The notes below the pieces were generated by a model. It was not told where the DNA came from. It saw nothing but the letters and a program-made list of their open reading frames with translations, and did no database searches. A stretch of 60,268 nucleotides of DNA, counting the filler, from Hausera hauseri (Eukaryota): assembly GCA_046269625.1 (NCBI GenBank). It is 10 parts of 10 records of this genome, joined end to end, with 100 filler letters (N's around TTAATTAATTAA, not from the genome) between each part and the next. Parts side by side here need not be neighbours in the genome. Positions count along the whole stretch, not along the records: positions 1 to 4,965 come from JBJURY010375924.1; positions 5,066 to 11,129 come from JBJURY010146091.1; positions 11,230 to 16,134 come from JBJURY010396145.1; 7 more parts are not named here. One strand, 5' to 3'. Shown here in pieces: positions 1 to 12,484 of the stretch; position 1 is the stretch's first letter; every line of letters begins with the position of its first letter. Position numbers and translations under genes: made by a program.

Positions 1-1365
1 GAAGATTACAAATGGATTTCTCTTTCGACATCGTCATGGACTTCATTGGTATGAAGGCAATTCAATTTTCTGTGCGATGTGTATTATGGGAGATATTTGT
101 GATTGTTTTGACATTGAAAATACAATATTTTACATTAAAGTTCAAATTGTCGGGCGAAAATTTACGCAACTCCATTCACAGTTTTCCGAATTGTGAATGA
201 CGACGTATTCAACATCAATATCAAATAGCTCGCTGGCGATTGTACCTGACAATATTATGTTTATATCTCGATCATGGACCGATTGTGCTTACAAAAAATG
301 TCTACGGCTTTGTATTAACTATATTTCATGCAAATAAATGTATTTCTCTGTTTCTTTTTTCTTTCTGTAAACAAGGTTCGTATTGGTCAATTGAATAGTT
401 TAAAAATAGTGTATGTATCATTGTAATGAGATAATATATCTTTGTTGTGATATGAGAAAATACATACAAAGTAAATGTTTATTGTTTACAATGAAAACAA
501 AAGCAGATATAAATGTGGATGTTTTTTCATTTCACTTTGTCTCTAAAATGTCTGAACAACAAAACAACAGCATCTACAACAACGAACGTTCAATTGTGCT
601 AGGTTGCAGTAAGTCCATTTCATTTTTACTTTTTGTCCTTAATATGTATTTAGAAAGCAACAGTGAATCCAAGTACGGCCCGTATTTCCTCAGACAGTCC
701 AGAGTATATAACGGGTACAATCTACAATTCCTGCGAACCCCCATTGTAGTGCAGTTATCAACACCGATCAAAGTGAACCAAAAAAATATGGCCTGTTGGC
801 AAAGAAAATAAGTGACAGTGACTTGGATGCATTGGAGGAAACGATGAAAAAAGTGGACAATGATTTAATGTTGTCCAATGATATTCGGGACACATCCTGA
901 CTTTTCCTTAAAGGCAACGTGGCGAAAATTGTGCGTGTAAATGGACAAACAGCAGTTTTGCCAACGGAAGAGGTAAAAGGATACCTGACAATGAAGCTGA
1001 AAGAATATAAGGAACTGTGTGGTATTAAATCGCCAATGTGGAATATGCGGAAGTTTACCCTAATGAATTGACTTTAGTTTTTTGGTGTTTTTAGTTTATT
1101 ATTTGTAATAAAATTTATTTGAGTTTTTGTGTTGTGTTGTAAAAAGTATTTGAGATTTTGAGTAATATGAGACTTTTTTCGATAACCCAACTTAAGCTCC
1201 ATTTCCTTGTTATAAAACAGAAGACAAAAACTAGTGTACGCATACGTTGTTGATCACATATACAGCAGATGAATGTAAAACAAACAAAGATCACAAATGT
1301 CACAATGATCTGGCAGGTCTGAATTGCATCTTTGTACTGACTGAACTGTTTTGTTACTGACTGTG

Positions 1366-4300
1366 TTATCTCAAACGCCAATGTCCGTACGTCAAACTCT
1401 TATTTCGCCCCACCCACTTTCGCTTGTCATCGTTGCATAATAAAGCAACCTTTTTATTTGTGATGATATACAGCTGGTGCTTAATCGATCCTATGGTAGT
1501 TTGAGACAACAGCCTTTTGTCCGTCTCCGTCTTCTTCTTGTCCATAATAGACACGGCAATAATCACCGTGATTTATTTCCGTCTGTTTCAGCTGGATACC
1601 TTTTACGCGCATTTTCGGCCCACAATCCGTTAGCAGACTGTAGCACTTTGGGCGTAGGAATATCCATTCCCTGTACTGAACCCAGCCTTTACTTTTGTCC
1701 TTGAAGCAGCCGATTTTGTTTGTTATCGCGCTGCTGTACAGTGGATGGTCCGGTAAGTAGTTGGACGTATCCAGTAGTCCATCTGATAACATTCGTCGGA
1801 GCAGTTAACCTCGATTTATGTTTTTCAGCTCAAGGAAGAAGCTGTCTGTGTCATCTGCAACGATACTAATCTCACGGTCGTCGAACATTTGCCGGTAACG
1901 TGCCAAGTCGCGATATTGGAGCTTGTACATTCGCAACTTGTTCAGGTCCAAAACAATTTGTCCGATGTAGCTTGGCTGGTCCAGAACGACTTCTTCCCGG
2001 TTTAGAAGCACGGCGACCAATTTATCGGCAATGTGCATTGACCGCCTGAACTGAGCCTTGCTGGTGTACGTAGCCAGTCGTTTTTGTTGTTGCACAGGAG
2101 CACTTGAGCCGCTTCTTCATATTTTCCACTGTTTTCCCTAGAGTGAATTGTTTTTGAGCTTGTAGTAGTCATTTTCGAACTTTGTACAAGCTGCAGCTCG
2201 CTTCCCGGAATTTCCATCAATGTACGCCTTGAATATCGGCGCCTGATTGAAGCGGATTGCACGATGCATCTGTGTAACGCATACACCGAGCTGCATATAA
2301 AACTGCAGCAGACGCCAATGAACCACGTAATTCGATTTGGGTTCATGTGTCATGAGCAGTTTCTTTACTTTTGAGCCACCGGGTAAACATTATCTAATTG
2401 GTGCGACCGGCAGTTCATCCAGAAAATCATGCAGCTCATCCGGTACCACGAGATCAACCTCCATTAGGTAGCCGACTGAGCTGCCTTTTGTCGTGTTTGC
2501 TGCTGGCAGACTGTCCAGCAATGTATCCAGTTCTTGTTTGTCCATTATGCATTCAAGTAAACCGTACGGCGAGGTTTGCGAAAGCTCCCAGCCGTACAGG
2601 TATTTAATATCGATGTAGAACATTGACGTTGTATCATCATCGTCATCATTGGTTACGTGATGCTTGTTGACAAATGTCATGCCGCCACGAATGCCAACGT
2701 CAAAAAGTCGTACATTTCCGGGTCTTGTACCAGCTCAATGTTCCGATCCAGTGACATTAGTGCCGATGCCCAACTCATTCCCGGTATTGAGTAAAAGTTG
2801 AGCGGTTCTAACCTATCTTCCTCCAACGCTTTAGACCGAAATGTCTAAAACACATCGGCTAATAGGTACACATCGAGCTTTAGATAGTAAAGCATGTAGT
2901 TCAACATGTTTTTACAACCGAGCTATGTCTAAGATTCCTGTGCTCACTGATATTCATCTTCTGTGACACCTATCCATCGCGGCGGTAATTCTTCTGTTGT
3001 CCGGAGTCGCTCATATGACACGGCAAAGTCATACGGGAATACGCCTTTTCTGCGTGAAATATGTGTGGGGAACTGCATCAGTGTTAGCGGCACATCGGAC
3101 AAGGCATTTAGGAGCTTTGCTAGAAACTCATTGAGGAAGGTACTTCTGAGGTACTTCTTCATCGTTGTTGGGATTATGGATAGCTCCCAGTGCGGAAATC
3201 CGTTTATGGCCCATTTCAGAATATGGTGACAGTCATAACTCCTAAAGTTATGAAATATCACCGGCAAAAATGGTCGCACCCGTCTTGCCAAATTGCATGC
3301 GTTGCATGCTGCTCCCACGTATCGACCGTTAAGTGATCGTGATCCGGTACGAGCCATTCAGGTAATATTTTGTGGTGGCACAGGTAACATTCATCGGTGG
3401 CTGCAAACATCAGGCTTTCATCTTCATCTGTCCAAATCAGGGGTTTTGTGCTGTTACTGTGATACCACGGTGCGATTTCCGTTTCTACTATCGTTTCCAA
3501 ACGCTGCAGGAAATCACGCACACAGGTCCAGCCGTGAAAGGTGTAATACTGCGGCTGACCGACCGCTTTTATTGGGACAATCAACATACCAACGGCGGTT
3601 GGAACGTGTTTTTGATCATACACGTTGTGCCGTGATAGAATTGGCTCAATATCGGCATGTACCACATATGCCGGACTGTCTGTTTTTGACCAATCTGTGA
3701 ATCTGAGTTCCTTTTTGACGGGCATGACATACATTGTGGTTCCCGATGAATTTTGTCTGCACAGAGTCACATGTTTCTCTAGTGATGTTTCCGACCTGAA
3801 TCCATGCAGACATACAGGACACCATTTACATTGTATACGCTTTTGGACAAACTGATGGTGATCCATGTTAAGTAGTCTGTCCAAGTTGGTTACTGCCACT
3901 TAGTGAAATCTATCTGCTTGCTCCAGTAGCAACAAATTTACTACTGAGTAACCATTTGGGTTCCGACTTCGATAGAGTATATCTACATGAGGGTTTTTTG
4001 TAAATTTTTTCATCCGCCTGTATTTCTACGACTGTGTTGTACCGGAGCACGTTGATTGTCAGTGTTGGATTACGCTGTTTAAAAGCCGGAATGGATTTCA
4101 CTTTCATCGGCATCCAGTTTTCATCGAAATCCAATTCGGAAAAATATTTCTGATACTGTTTTGGACTAGATGCACTATGTCTGTCCACTTCGTCGTATTT
4201 CAATACTTCCAGAATACTGTAAAGAAAACATTATTCATCGTTGGTATTTTTTACATTCACTACCGCCAGAGATTGCTTCAGAGCTGCAGGTGTCGGTATA

Positions 4301-4900
4301 AATGATCGTCCAGACAGATATATCATATCACTCGACTTTGTTACGATAAAGCCGAGAGTGACAATTCGTATAATTCGCCATTCACTACCCTTTTCCGTGT
4401 AGTTGGCGATTTTCTCATTGAGCTTTTCGCCTACGTCGGAAATAAAATCTTCAGAGTACGGTACGGCTCGATGTGACAGGTACCATTGTTTCCTGTCACC
4501 TTACAAATTTTCAAATTCTGCAAGTGCATAATATTGCACTTTGCAGTGGTGTTGTTAATTTTTGGCCACCTCTATTTCCAACCGGTTACGCACATGAGTG
4601 GGTACATCCTTCGATTGCGTTGCTGTTTTTCTCCGTCATGTGCACCTTCATGTCCACGTACGACCTGTTCAGGTCGTACTTGACTGTAATGTTGGAAATA
4701 TTGGCCTCCAGTTCTTCTTGTTGATGCTGTTCCTCCTGCTGCTGCTGCTGCTGTTGCTGGGTACTGTTTTTGATTAAGTCGTCAAGACTCGTTGAGGCCT
4801 AACGTTTCCAACTGGTTGTTGTTGTTGTTGAGGGGATGATGCTGCTGCTGCTGCCGCTGTTGTTGTCCATAAATATTTGTTTCTTGGACCGCCTAAACTG
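1366..4900 (-). pseudogene. Polinton/Maverick (adintovirus-type) protein-primed family B DNA polymerase, multiply frameshifted
   Basis: Collinear fragments on the minus strand: GSEW..SFIPTP..AVVNVKNTNDECFLYSIL; C2H2 finger CPVCLHGF..LEKHVTLC; ExoI YVVHADIE; endonuclease VII-like CYLC..DHDHLT..GAACNACN; FHNFRSYD; RKGVFPYD; RGG..MFYIDIKYLYG (motif A); YKLKNNSL (motif B); DDTDSF (motif C); LDTSNY; LRPKCYS; KGI; C-terminal DDKR..YGHW. Confidence 0.92.
4720..4866 (-). repeat. CAG/CAA microsatellites (poly-Gln) at the 5' end of the PolB pseudogene
   Basis: Runs of tgc/tgt triplets on the + strand; minus strand reads QQQQQQQEEQHQQEE. Confidence 0.75.
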
Positions 4901-4965
4901 GTTTAAGTGGTCCTTGTGCAAATTATAGAATTGTTCCTAGTTGATTTGATCATCATCATCATCAA

Positions 4966-5065
4966 NNNNNNNNNNNNNNNNNNNNNNNNNNNNNNNNNNN
5001 NNNNNNNNNTTAATTAATTAANNNNNNNNNNNNNNNNNNNNNNNNNNNNNNNNNNNNNNNNNNNN
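4966..5065. other. Artificial contig linker 1 (N44-TTAATTAATTAA-N44)
   Basis: Fixed 100-bp spacer with a six-frame stop core at 5010-5021; same design repeated 9 times. Confidence 0.99.
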
Positions 5066-5167
5066 GATAGATACGAAGGGCCATACCGAATAGTTAAATT
5101 CCTTACTCCACATCAGGCGGTACTACAATTTCCGAATAGACTGAAACCCAGGCGAATCGAGTGGTAA
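5066..5167 (+). pseudogene. C-terminal tip of a Ty3/gypsy integrase (GPY/F motif), cut by contig start
   Basis: Translates DRYEGPYRIVKFLTPHQAVLQFPNRLKPRRIEW*. Confidence 0.7.
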
Positions 5168-6875
5168 GAGGGAAGTTAGAAAATGTGATAATTTGTTTAA
5201 ATAATGTCAGTGTTATATTAGAAATATAAAATGATATGGAGTCTTCTAGTTCTCTTACTTATAATAATCATTTAAGAGGTTTTATGGATTCAATTTTAAG
5301 TTTTATGATTATATAATAGAAGGTAAACAAAAAACGTTCATGGATTAGATTCTTAAACGTTGCACGAATCCAACCAACTAATTTATAAACAGTTTAATAA
5401 AATAAGGATATTTAGATAATTTAATAAGCCATATCCAAAAAGTTTGGTAGATTTAATTTTGCTCCACTCTCGAAGCTTTTAATGAAACAATTTTCAATTT
5501 GACAATCCTGAATTAAGCAATATTGAAATTTCGTAGTGTAGTTTTTGCGCAACCATCTAAAAAAAGATCACACAAATACTACATTTCATTTCAAAATATA
5601 TATCTAGAATTATACTGTATACAGAACGTAAAATACCATCATATTCCAACTTCTGAAAAATTGTAGACAGAATAATATTGAGTGAGACTGAAACAAAAAT
5701 TTTCTTGAAACGAATCGGACCGCGTTTCTATTCGGTACACAATTGGGTCAGTACGTAAGCTCAAGATTAGAAACTTAGACTAAGCAAGTCTTGAAGAAAA
5801 TTTAAACAGTGCATTTCAAATCATTGATTAGGCAAATTTACGACATTTAAAAAAATTAAAATCGTGGAGTGCTTTCAATTTTATTTTCAGGCGAGAAGCT
5901 TTGTAAGGTTCCACCTTACAATCACAAAAACTTTAAAAAATAATAAAGCACAGTTGCATTAAAGTAATAAATTAAACGTGAAAATTAAATCAAAAATAAA
6001 AATAAATTAAAATACAATGCAGGAAATAAAAAATTATAAAGCACAATTTAATCAAAATACCGGATTTACTAAACAGACACATCAAAATCAGCAAAATGAC
6101 TATAAGCGTCAAAAAACGAATCACTGCTGAAGTGACCAGCACTTGTAGTCAATAAGCAAAATTACTAAGTAAAATCTGTGGATTTAAACCCGTTTGTTTA
6201 AATCCGCGGTAAAATATTTGACTTGATTATTCACAAAGCGAAAAACCGATTGGAAAAGAAAATGAACCACAAAAGCCACGAATTAAACGTTCTATCCAAA
6301 AAGAAGATCCAAGTAAGCGGAACGGTCGGAGTAGGGACCAGTACTACGAGACCTGATGAAGCAATCATCAGGAGCCGGTCAGTATAGCTTCGGGATATCG
6401 CATCCCACGCATCCTACGGACAATCAAAACTTATCATATCAGTCCAGAACGTGATTGTGTCATATTTAAGGCAGATAAACTATCCATAGATTTCACGATT
6501 TTAAAAACAGTATTTCAAAACAAGGTCAAAATATAATATGAGATGTCGTACATTACATACTACTCAAATAGTAATTTTACAAAAAGCAGTCACAAAACTG
6601 AATGTAAGCTATAAAAAAGATGAAACTTTTACACTACGAACATTAAGAGAGATTTATGCACAACCGTATGTAAAACCCTAAATACAGATTAGCACGGAAA
6701 ATGTGAGTACTACGGAAAACCGACCGAACTAACAAACTTACCGATAATATGAATTTTTGGTTTGTCAACATTTGATTATGATAATTTCGATTGTTTTCTT
6801 AGTTGCCAAAATTGTCATTTTAAGCGTTCTAAAATAAAAGAAGAGTAACCGAAGGGAAGTCCCAAGAGGAAACCT

Positions 6876-9400
6876 ATGATGCAATCACCTGACAACTACA
6901 TATCAGGTTATTCCATCATCAAACAGAGAATTGGTTTTATTTTAAATCGACACGATTTTAGAATTAATCTCTATTTCTTTATTTTTAGAAGTGTAAATAT
7001 AGCAGAAAAGGCCGATGTTATCCAGAAAAGAAGACACGATATTGAAGAATTACTCAGAAAGCATGTGACGGTCCTTGTACCGAGTTCAAATCCCTTTATA
7101 GGCAGATCAATATGGAATTGCAGACTAAAACCTTTGTCAACTCAACAAAATAAAACCCCAAATGGATTAAAGAGAACGACCGAAGAAGATCGAATCGTTC
7201 GTCTCTACGCCATAAGAAGCGACACTGAAGCCCGTCCTTATGCACTGAAGAGCCTAGTAAATTATGAAGCAATATATCATCAGGAAATCTTCATCCATTT
7301 GACCGAAGGCGAAGTATACTACAGAATTGCAAATCAACCCTCGAACATAAACGAAGGACGACAATATCCATTTAGTACTTTCCACATGTATAGTCGTAAC
7401 ATATACGACTGAGAATTAGAATTTTGAGTCGCTACACTTCCAGTGAAGCTTCATTAAAGCCACGTACAAAGACACACCTTTTATCAAATTGCCCCCACTA
7501 GTATATCGACGACGACCAGCAAAAGAAAATATACATTGACATTTGAATTCATTTAGATTGGTACAGGATGGGCGAAACGCCGGTATAATTGCGGTAAATT
7601 ATGGAGAAGAGAAAAACGGTGATCGAATGCCAATCGAAATCTCAGCTAGAGAGGTAAACGGAGTAGAAACATATTGTAATCTCATTACACCAAGAAAAAA
7701 GTCAGAGAGACTTTCCCTGAAGTGACTGCGATTAAAAAAGAAAATCTTACAAACAGAAAGATATTTAGATGCTTGAAGCAGAAGTGAATTACAACGCCTA
7801 TGGATTAATTATTGCAGGATATGAAATCTAGGAACTGATAATAAATCCCACAAATATCGCAAGAGTACGCTAAATGGCGACACATCCAACAGTAATGGAA
7901 CAAGTTAAGTTACATTACAAGAGAAAAATAGTCCTTTATCGATAACCGTAGAGGCACGATTTAAATTAGTGCTGGAGGAAATGAGAGGAAAAAATTTCCG
8001 AATCTCGACTTCTATCGGCTACCAAAAGAACACAGTATCTCCGAGATATATACGTGTCGCTAAGATGGGATTATGAATGACCACCACAGAATCCGAAAGA
8101 GAACCTTCAAAGCAAGATAAACCCCAAAGAATTAAGTCACAAATACCGAAGGAATTTTCGTCCTTACTCACCGATTAGGCTCGTCGAGCCGAGATAGAAT
8201 AATCATTTTCAGATCACAATCAAAAACCAGAAGAAGCCAAGTACAAATCAAAAGGATTCTAACCCAAAAGTAAACACCAAAGATATGGTCAAAATTTCTA
8301 ACCAACCCAGTAATAGCATAAGACAAAGTAACTCAGAACCGATAACCTCTCAAAAATAACGTAACCAAACTAAAGGCACGTACAAGTCAATGTAGCAAGT
8401 ACTCCAAAACAAAACCGAAAATAGATAAAACATCAGAATTGAAAAAGACGAAAATAAAAAGACCAGCCGAAGAATCCAAACCCTCACTGTTTAATTTTAT
8501 TGGACAAAAACGAAAAGAAAAAGAGCATAAAATAGTTACCAAATTGAAAGAAATTAACGCTTTGACGAAAAAAGCAAATGCTACTCCAATAAACCCCAAA
8601 TCAAGAAAAATATAGAGACCAAAGAAACTGACAACAAACCAAGAATTTAGTAATGGCCGAATACAGTAGTCACGGGCGAATAAAAGAAGTCCTCTTTTAT
8701 GTTGATGTAGTCCAATGACAAAAGGTTCATAAAAACGCTTACAAAAAGGAAGACGTAGGAATCGGGAAATACTTAGCCCTAGTGTTCCGTTCCAAAATTG
8801 AAACCAAGAAATTAACCCTATCTGTCGATATTTATGTCAAGGTACAACTAAAAACCCAGTACAAAAATGAAGAGAATTCCCTATTTAGATAAACAAGATG
8901 TGGTAGAATGGACCTTAGTTCAGTTAGCTAACGATTCAAAAAGGAGTTCAATCTACCCCATGCAAAAAGAACTATATGGTTACCTACACCAGTATCGGAC
9001 AGATCTAGTCTTTAAAAGAATCAGGATAGTAGCATATGTGGATTTAAACTAAGATGAAGTGGAAACCTGTCCAGTATGTGAAGCAAATCTTAGGCAGGGA
9101 TATGTCGGAATCGATATTGTCGAGACTGTCTTGAAAGGTGGACTCTGGATAACGGCAAAATCACCTGTCCAGTATGTCGAACAGAGGCGACACAAGTATA
9201 ATATTATTCGAATGGGGAAAATAATATAGTGGTATAGATTCGACCAAATACAAGCTACTACCCAGAGACGATTCTCCTTTCAAAAATTAAAGAAATTTAG
9301 GATCAGAAAATGATCTCTAAAGAAGACTAAATCTCTTGAGACATACAAATGAAGACGGTACCTCCTCTGACGCATTGGGCACATCCGAGAGTGCCGTTTA
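6876..9400 (+). pseudogene. Decayed LTR-element cargo gene: conserved block + pseudo-DEDDh exonuclease-like domain + C-terminal RING finger
   Basis: Fragments align by eye to the 711-aa ORF at 52933-55068 (QEIFIHLTEGEVYYR vs EKILIHVACGRIQWR; IIAVNYGEEKNGDRMPIEI..YCNLITPRKK vs YLAVSLAYGMNGEPLPVEV..YQAYINPRKK); RING remnant at about 9068-9180 (CPVC..YCRDCLERW..ITCPVCR); several stops and frameshifts. Confidence 0.75.
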
Positions 9401-9830
9401 GGGAGGAGAAATATTGTAATACTGTAAATAAACTTTATTAATAACCAGAAGAATGTAAAGAAGTATGGCTGCAAAACTTTAGAATTATTTTGAATTTAAA
9501 ATAGAATTGTCGGTTATCAAAATGCGAATATTTAACCAGAAATGTAAAATAATTCGGTCGAAATGTGAAATAATTCAGTCGAGATGTGACGCCTACACAA
9601 CATATAAGACTACATAAACTTATTCGAAAGTCAGTTTAGAGAACAATTTTTGAGTGACGTTTATGAAGATAGAATTGCGAGATAAATTCAAATCGAAGAG
9701 TTGCCGAGGAGATTTTCCAATTTTGCTGAAATTGATCAAGTCGATTAGACGATTTTTCTTTTACAACGCTGTAAGTCGATAGTGATTTCATTTGTTTGTT
9801 AATAAAGTTGTTATTTTAAAATTCTCTACA
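9400..9830 (+). mobile_element. Polypurine tract (9400-9411) and putative 3' LTR (about 9415-9830)
   Basis: AGGGAGGAGAAA then TGTAAT; TATA-like tataag near 9604, AATAAA at 9801, candidate end ..CTACA at 9830; right boundary uncertain. Confidence 0.55.
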
Positions 9831-10272
9831 GTTTTTATCGCCCATTAATGGGGGATTTGACTACCTTAAGAAAATAAAATCAAGAGTAAATTATATATAA
9901 GTAGTCAGAATTATTCAACACCGCACAGGATAACGCAATCAGTACCTGCACACACTAAAATCAAAGCACAAACAGTTTAACGAGATCGTTAAACCATTCC
10001 TGCATAAGAATTATATAAATTTCAGTGTAAATTATTGTTATAGTCGGGAGAAGTTAGGACCAATTGAACCTATAACATTGTTAGCATTATTTTGCGATTT
10101 AATGTTATTAAGTAGCATGCACAGAAACCGAAAAATTTATAAAAAGGACAAAAATATATTGTAAAGGACTATAATTAAAGTTATCAAAATTGCCAGGTTT
10201 AACGGTAACATCGTTTACAAATTTATTCACAAAGTGTATAGTTCTGGTCTGGACTACCATATACTTCACAAC

Positions 10273-10755
10273 TCACATCATACTTCTCTTTACTCTCTCG
10301 ATTAATTCCGAAAACATCTCTATGTCCAAGTAGTTTGTCGATTCGTCAAGACTGAGAGAATGCGGATTTCTCAAAAACAAAATTGCATATGTCACACTAG
10401 ATCTCTGAAGCATCGAACAAACTGTGAATTCGCCTTGATGCATTCTCACCGTTGGTACCAAAATAAATGCATTTTCCCCAATAATTTTCTGACGTAACCG
10501 GGATACGCCAACTGGAAAAGTCCAATAAAGACTGCTGGCCTACAACTGATTGACGTGATCCCGACAGAAATAACAAAATCGCAGATTTTTGTGAATTCTC
10601 AACGTGCTACCCTTCGGATCCAATTGATCAAGTAGAGTCGATATATTGGCATTCTTTTCACCGACGATACATACACGATGCCGTTGACCAGCCTGGATTT
10701 CCAAATTGTCTATGACAGTTCGTTTTCATCGTACCCGAAACGCACACCATCGGCC
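10273..10755 (-). pseudogene. ABC-F family (ABCF/GCN20-like) ATPase fragment, degraded, no introns evident
   Basis: GVRFGYDEN..VIDNLEIQAGQRHRVCIVGE (toward Walker A); LAYPG..RKLLG; LFLRNPHSLSLDESTNYLDIE (ABC-F-type LDEPTNHLD Walker B region). Confidence 0.7.
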
Positions 10756-10940
10756 AGTCAGGGTTTCACTATTCCCATCCCAATTTGTTTAAATTTTGCA
10801 AAGTTGATATAAATACGCCTGTGTAAGTGTCACTTGTGAAAAAATGTCTCAACATTTGTCAACGTTTAAATGTACACTATGACAAAACAGAAGACAAAGA
10901 AGTCTGTACAAATATTTATTAATATAACACATACAAACAA

Positions 10941-11129
10941 TCAAATATTTACAATACAATAATGTCCATAGGCGACACTTTTGTTTTTCGATATCCAGTG
11001 TCGTTTGTCATCAAAAGGGTTCAAAGTTTTCTTTTTTGTACTGATCGTCATCAGTTGATGGTTCTTTGTCCCAATCCGTTCTTGATCAACAATTGTCCCA
11101 CATCCATTTTCATATGCTTGCAAGTAGTT
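10941..11129 (-). pseudogene. Polinton/adintovirus pPolB extreme C-terminus (contig-truncated)
   Basis: IGTKNHQLMTISTKKKTLNPFDDKRHWISKNKSVAYGHY matches the end of the PolB in contig 1; close nucleotide copy at about 43680-43864. Confidence 0.85.
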
Positions 11130-11229
11130 NNNNNNNNNNNNNNNNNNNNNNNNNNNNNNNNNNNNNNNNNNNNTTAATTAATTAANNNNNNNNNNNNNNN
11201 NNNNNNNNNNNNNNNNNNNNNNNNNNNNN
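11130..11229. other. Artificial contig linker 2
   Basis: Same 100-bp spacer. Confidence 0.99.
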
Positions 11230-12378
11230 GCCCATCCTACACCATACTGCCCTGTTTGTACATATGAAATCAAATATTGTATTCATCATAATGCATACCC
11301 ATCCGATGCCGATCAATCATTACTAGATGCTCAGACCCTTGACGTCATCGAGCCTACGGATCATACTACCTATTACTACACCTGGAATGTATCCACCCCT
11401 TTTTCTATCCCAAATTTCCAATTGCATATGTGTTGTCTATGTCAAAAACCTAACAGAATATCCTATCAATTTAGCTGTTGTAATGCCGAGTATTGTGCTC
11501 ATTGTTACCAACTAGAATCCCATCATCGATATTTAATCTGCAGTATATGTAACTTTTGCCCTCAATTTATTTATGCATATTTCCACCATCCTAGAAGAGC
11601 CCTCCTTACCATCACCAACACACCAATTCCACAGATACTTCCGACAAGATACTTCCGACTAGAACAACAGGCATCAGTTAGAATAGAATTCCCAATTCAC
11701 AAATTTGACCCCTCCATAATAACCAGACTACCACCGATTGTTCTTCAAACACCCTTACCTCACATTAATGTCATGACCCTATTACGACAACCATCTTCAA
11801 TACCACACCCACGCTATCATCCCGAACAAATTACTAGACCATTACCTGAATTACCAGTATCTGTACCTACAATAATACCCACACCAACTATTTCCTATAG
11901 TCCACCATTACCACTATCTCTACGAGAAGATTGGTTCCCTGTATTCAACAAATGTCCAATAGACCTTATTTCTGATCTAGCCCCTCCTGATCTATGGGCA
12001 ATATTGCAATCACACTACTACGACCAGTTTCCCACCTACGAATGCACTATATGTCTAACCGAAAGAATAACAGTGGTTCAATTTCAATGTAACCACCAAT
12101 TGTGTGCAACTTGTTTCAATAAACTTCGATCCCAATCTCTCAAATCAATTGACCCCGAAGATTCTCTTCAAATGACTTTTCAGAACGGTATCTCGTGTCC
12201 ATACTGCAGACAACCATCAGTATACTATCATTTCTCCTATACCTATGACAACAGAACCCAACGATTATGCCATTGGATGAATCCGATAAACGATGCGACA
12301 ATGACAATCAGACCCAGAAATCTCAGCTTCGTCGATGTTTGTACCCAGAGTGATCCGGAGGACCGAATCCTTCCTTAA
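11230..12378 (+). CDS. Multi-RING-finger protein (5'-truncated), terminal ORF of an LTR element
   Basis: Frame open from contig start: CPVC (end of a possible first RING), CCLC..SCC..YCAHC..CSIC, Pro-rich linker, C3HC4 RING CTIC..CNHQLCATC..CPYCR; stop overlaps a PPT. Confidence 0.8.
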   Translation, partial: AHPTPYCPVCTYEIKYCIHHNAYPSDADQSLLDAQTLDVIEPTDHTTYYYTWNVSTPFSIPNFQLHMCCLCQKPNRISYQFSCCNAEYCAHCYQLESHHRYLICSICNFCPQFIYAYFHHPRRALLTITNTPIPQILPTRYFRLEQQASVRIEFPIHKFDPSIITRLPPIVLQTPLPHINVMTLLRQPSSIPHPRYHPEQITRPLPELPVSVPTIIPTPTISYSPPLPLSLREDWFPVFNKCPIDLISDLAPPDLWAILQSHYYDQFPTYECTICLTERITVVQFQCNHQLCATCFNKLRSQSLKSIDPEDSLQMTFQNGISCPYCRQPSVYYHFSYTYDNRTQRLCHWMNPINDATMTIRPRNLSFVDVCTQSDPEDRILP

Positions 12379-12400
12379 GGGGGGAGAAATGTTAGGACAT
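12377..12400 (+). promoter_or_regulatory. Polypurine tract and start of 3' LTR (TG at 12390)
   Basis: AAGGGGGGAGAAA followed directly by TGTTAG. Confidence 0.75.
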
Positions 12401-12484
12401 TGTAATTCGATACAAATTCGATACATTGTAATTCGTTGTAATCCGATACATTGTAATTCGATAAATCGACAATTGTAGTTCGAT
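12398..12484 (+). repeat. Short degenerate tandem repeats (ACATTGTAATTCGAT-like) in putative U3
   Basis: About five imperfect copies of TTGTAATTCGAT. Confidence 0.8.

Noticed and set aside
12-1381. Small ORFs downstream of PolB as Polinton accessory genes
   Set aside because: Short, AT-rich, no recognisable motifs; cannot be supported.
5010-5021. TTAATTAATTAA palindrome recurring nine times (possible target site or regulatory motif)
   Set aside because: Always centred in N44 runs; it is an assembly linker. Adjacency across linkers and ORF ends in X runs are meaningless.
9831-9860. Degenerate tRNA-Lys-like PBS after the putative LTR
   Set aside because: Lacks the TGG start and has several mismatches; no gag follows.
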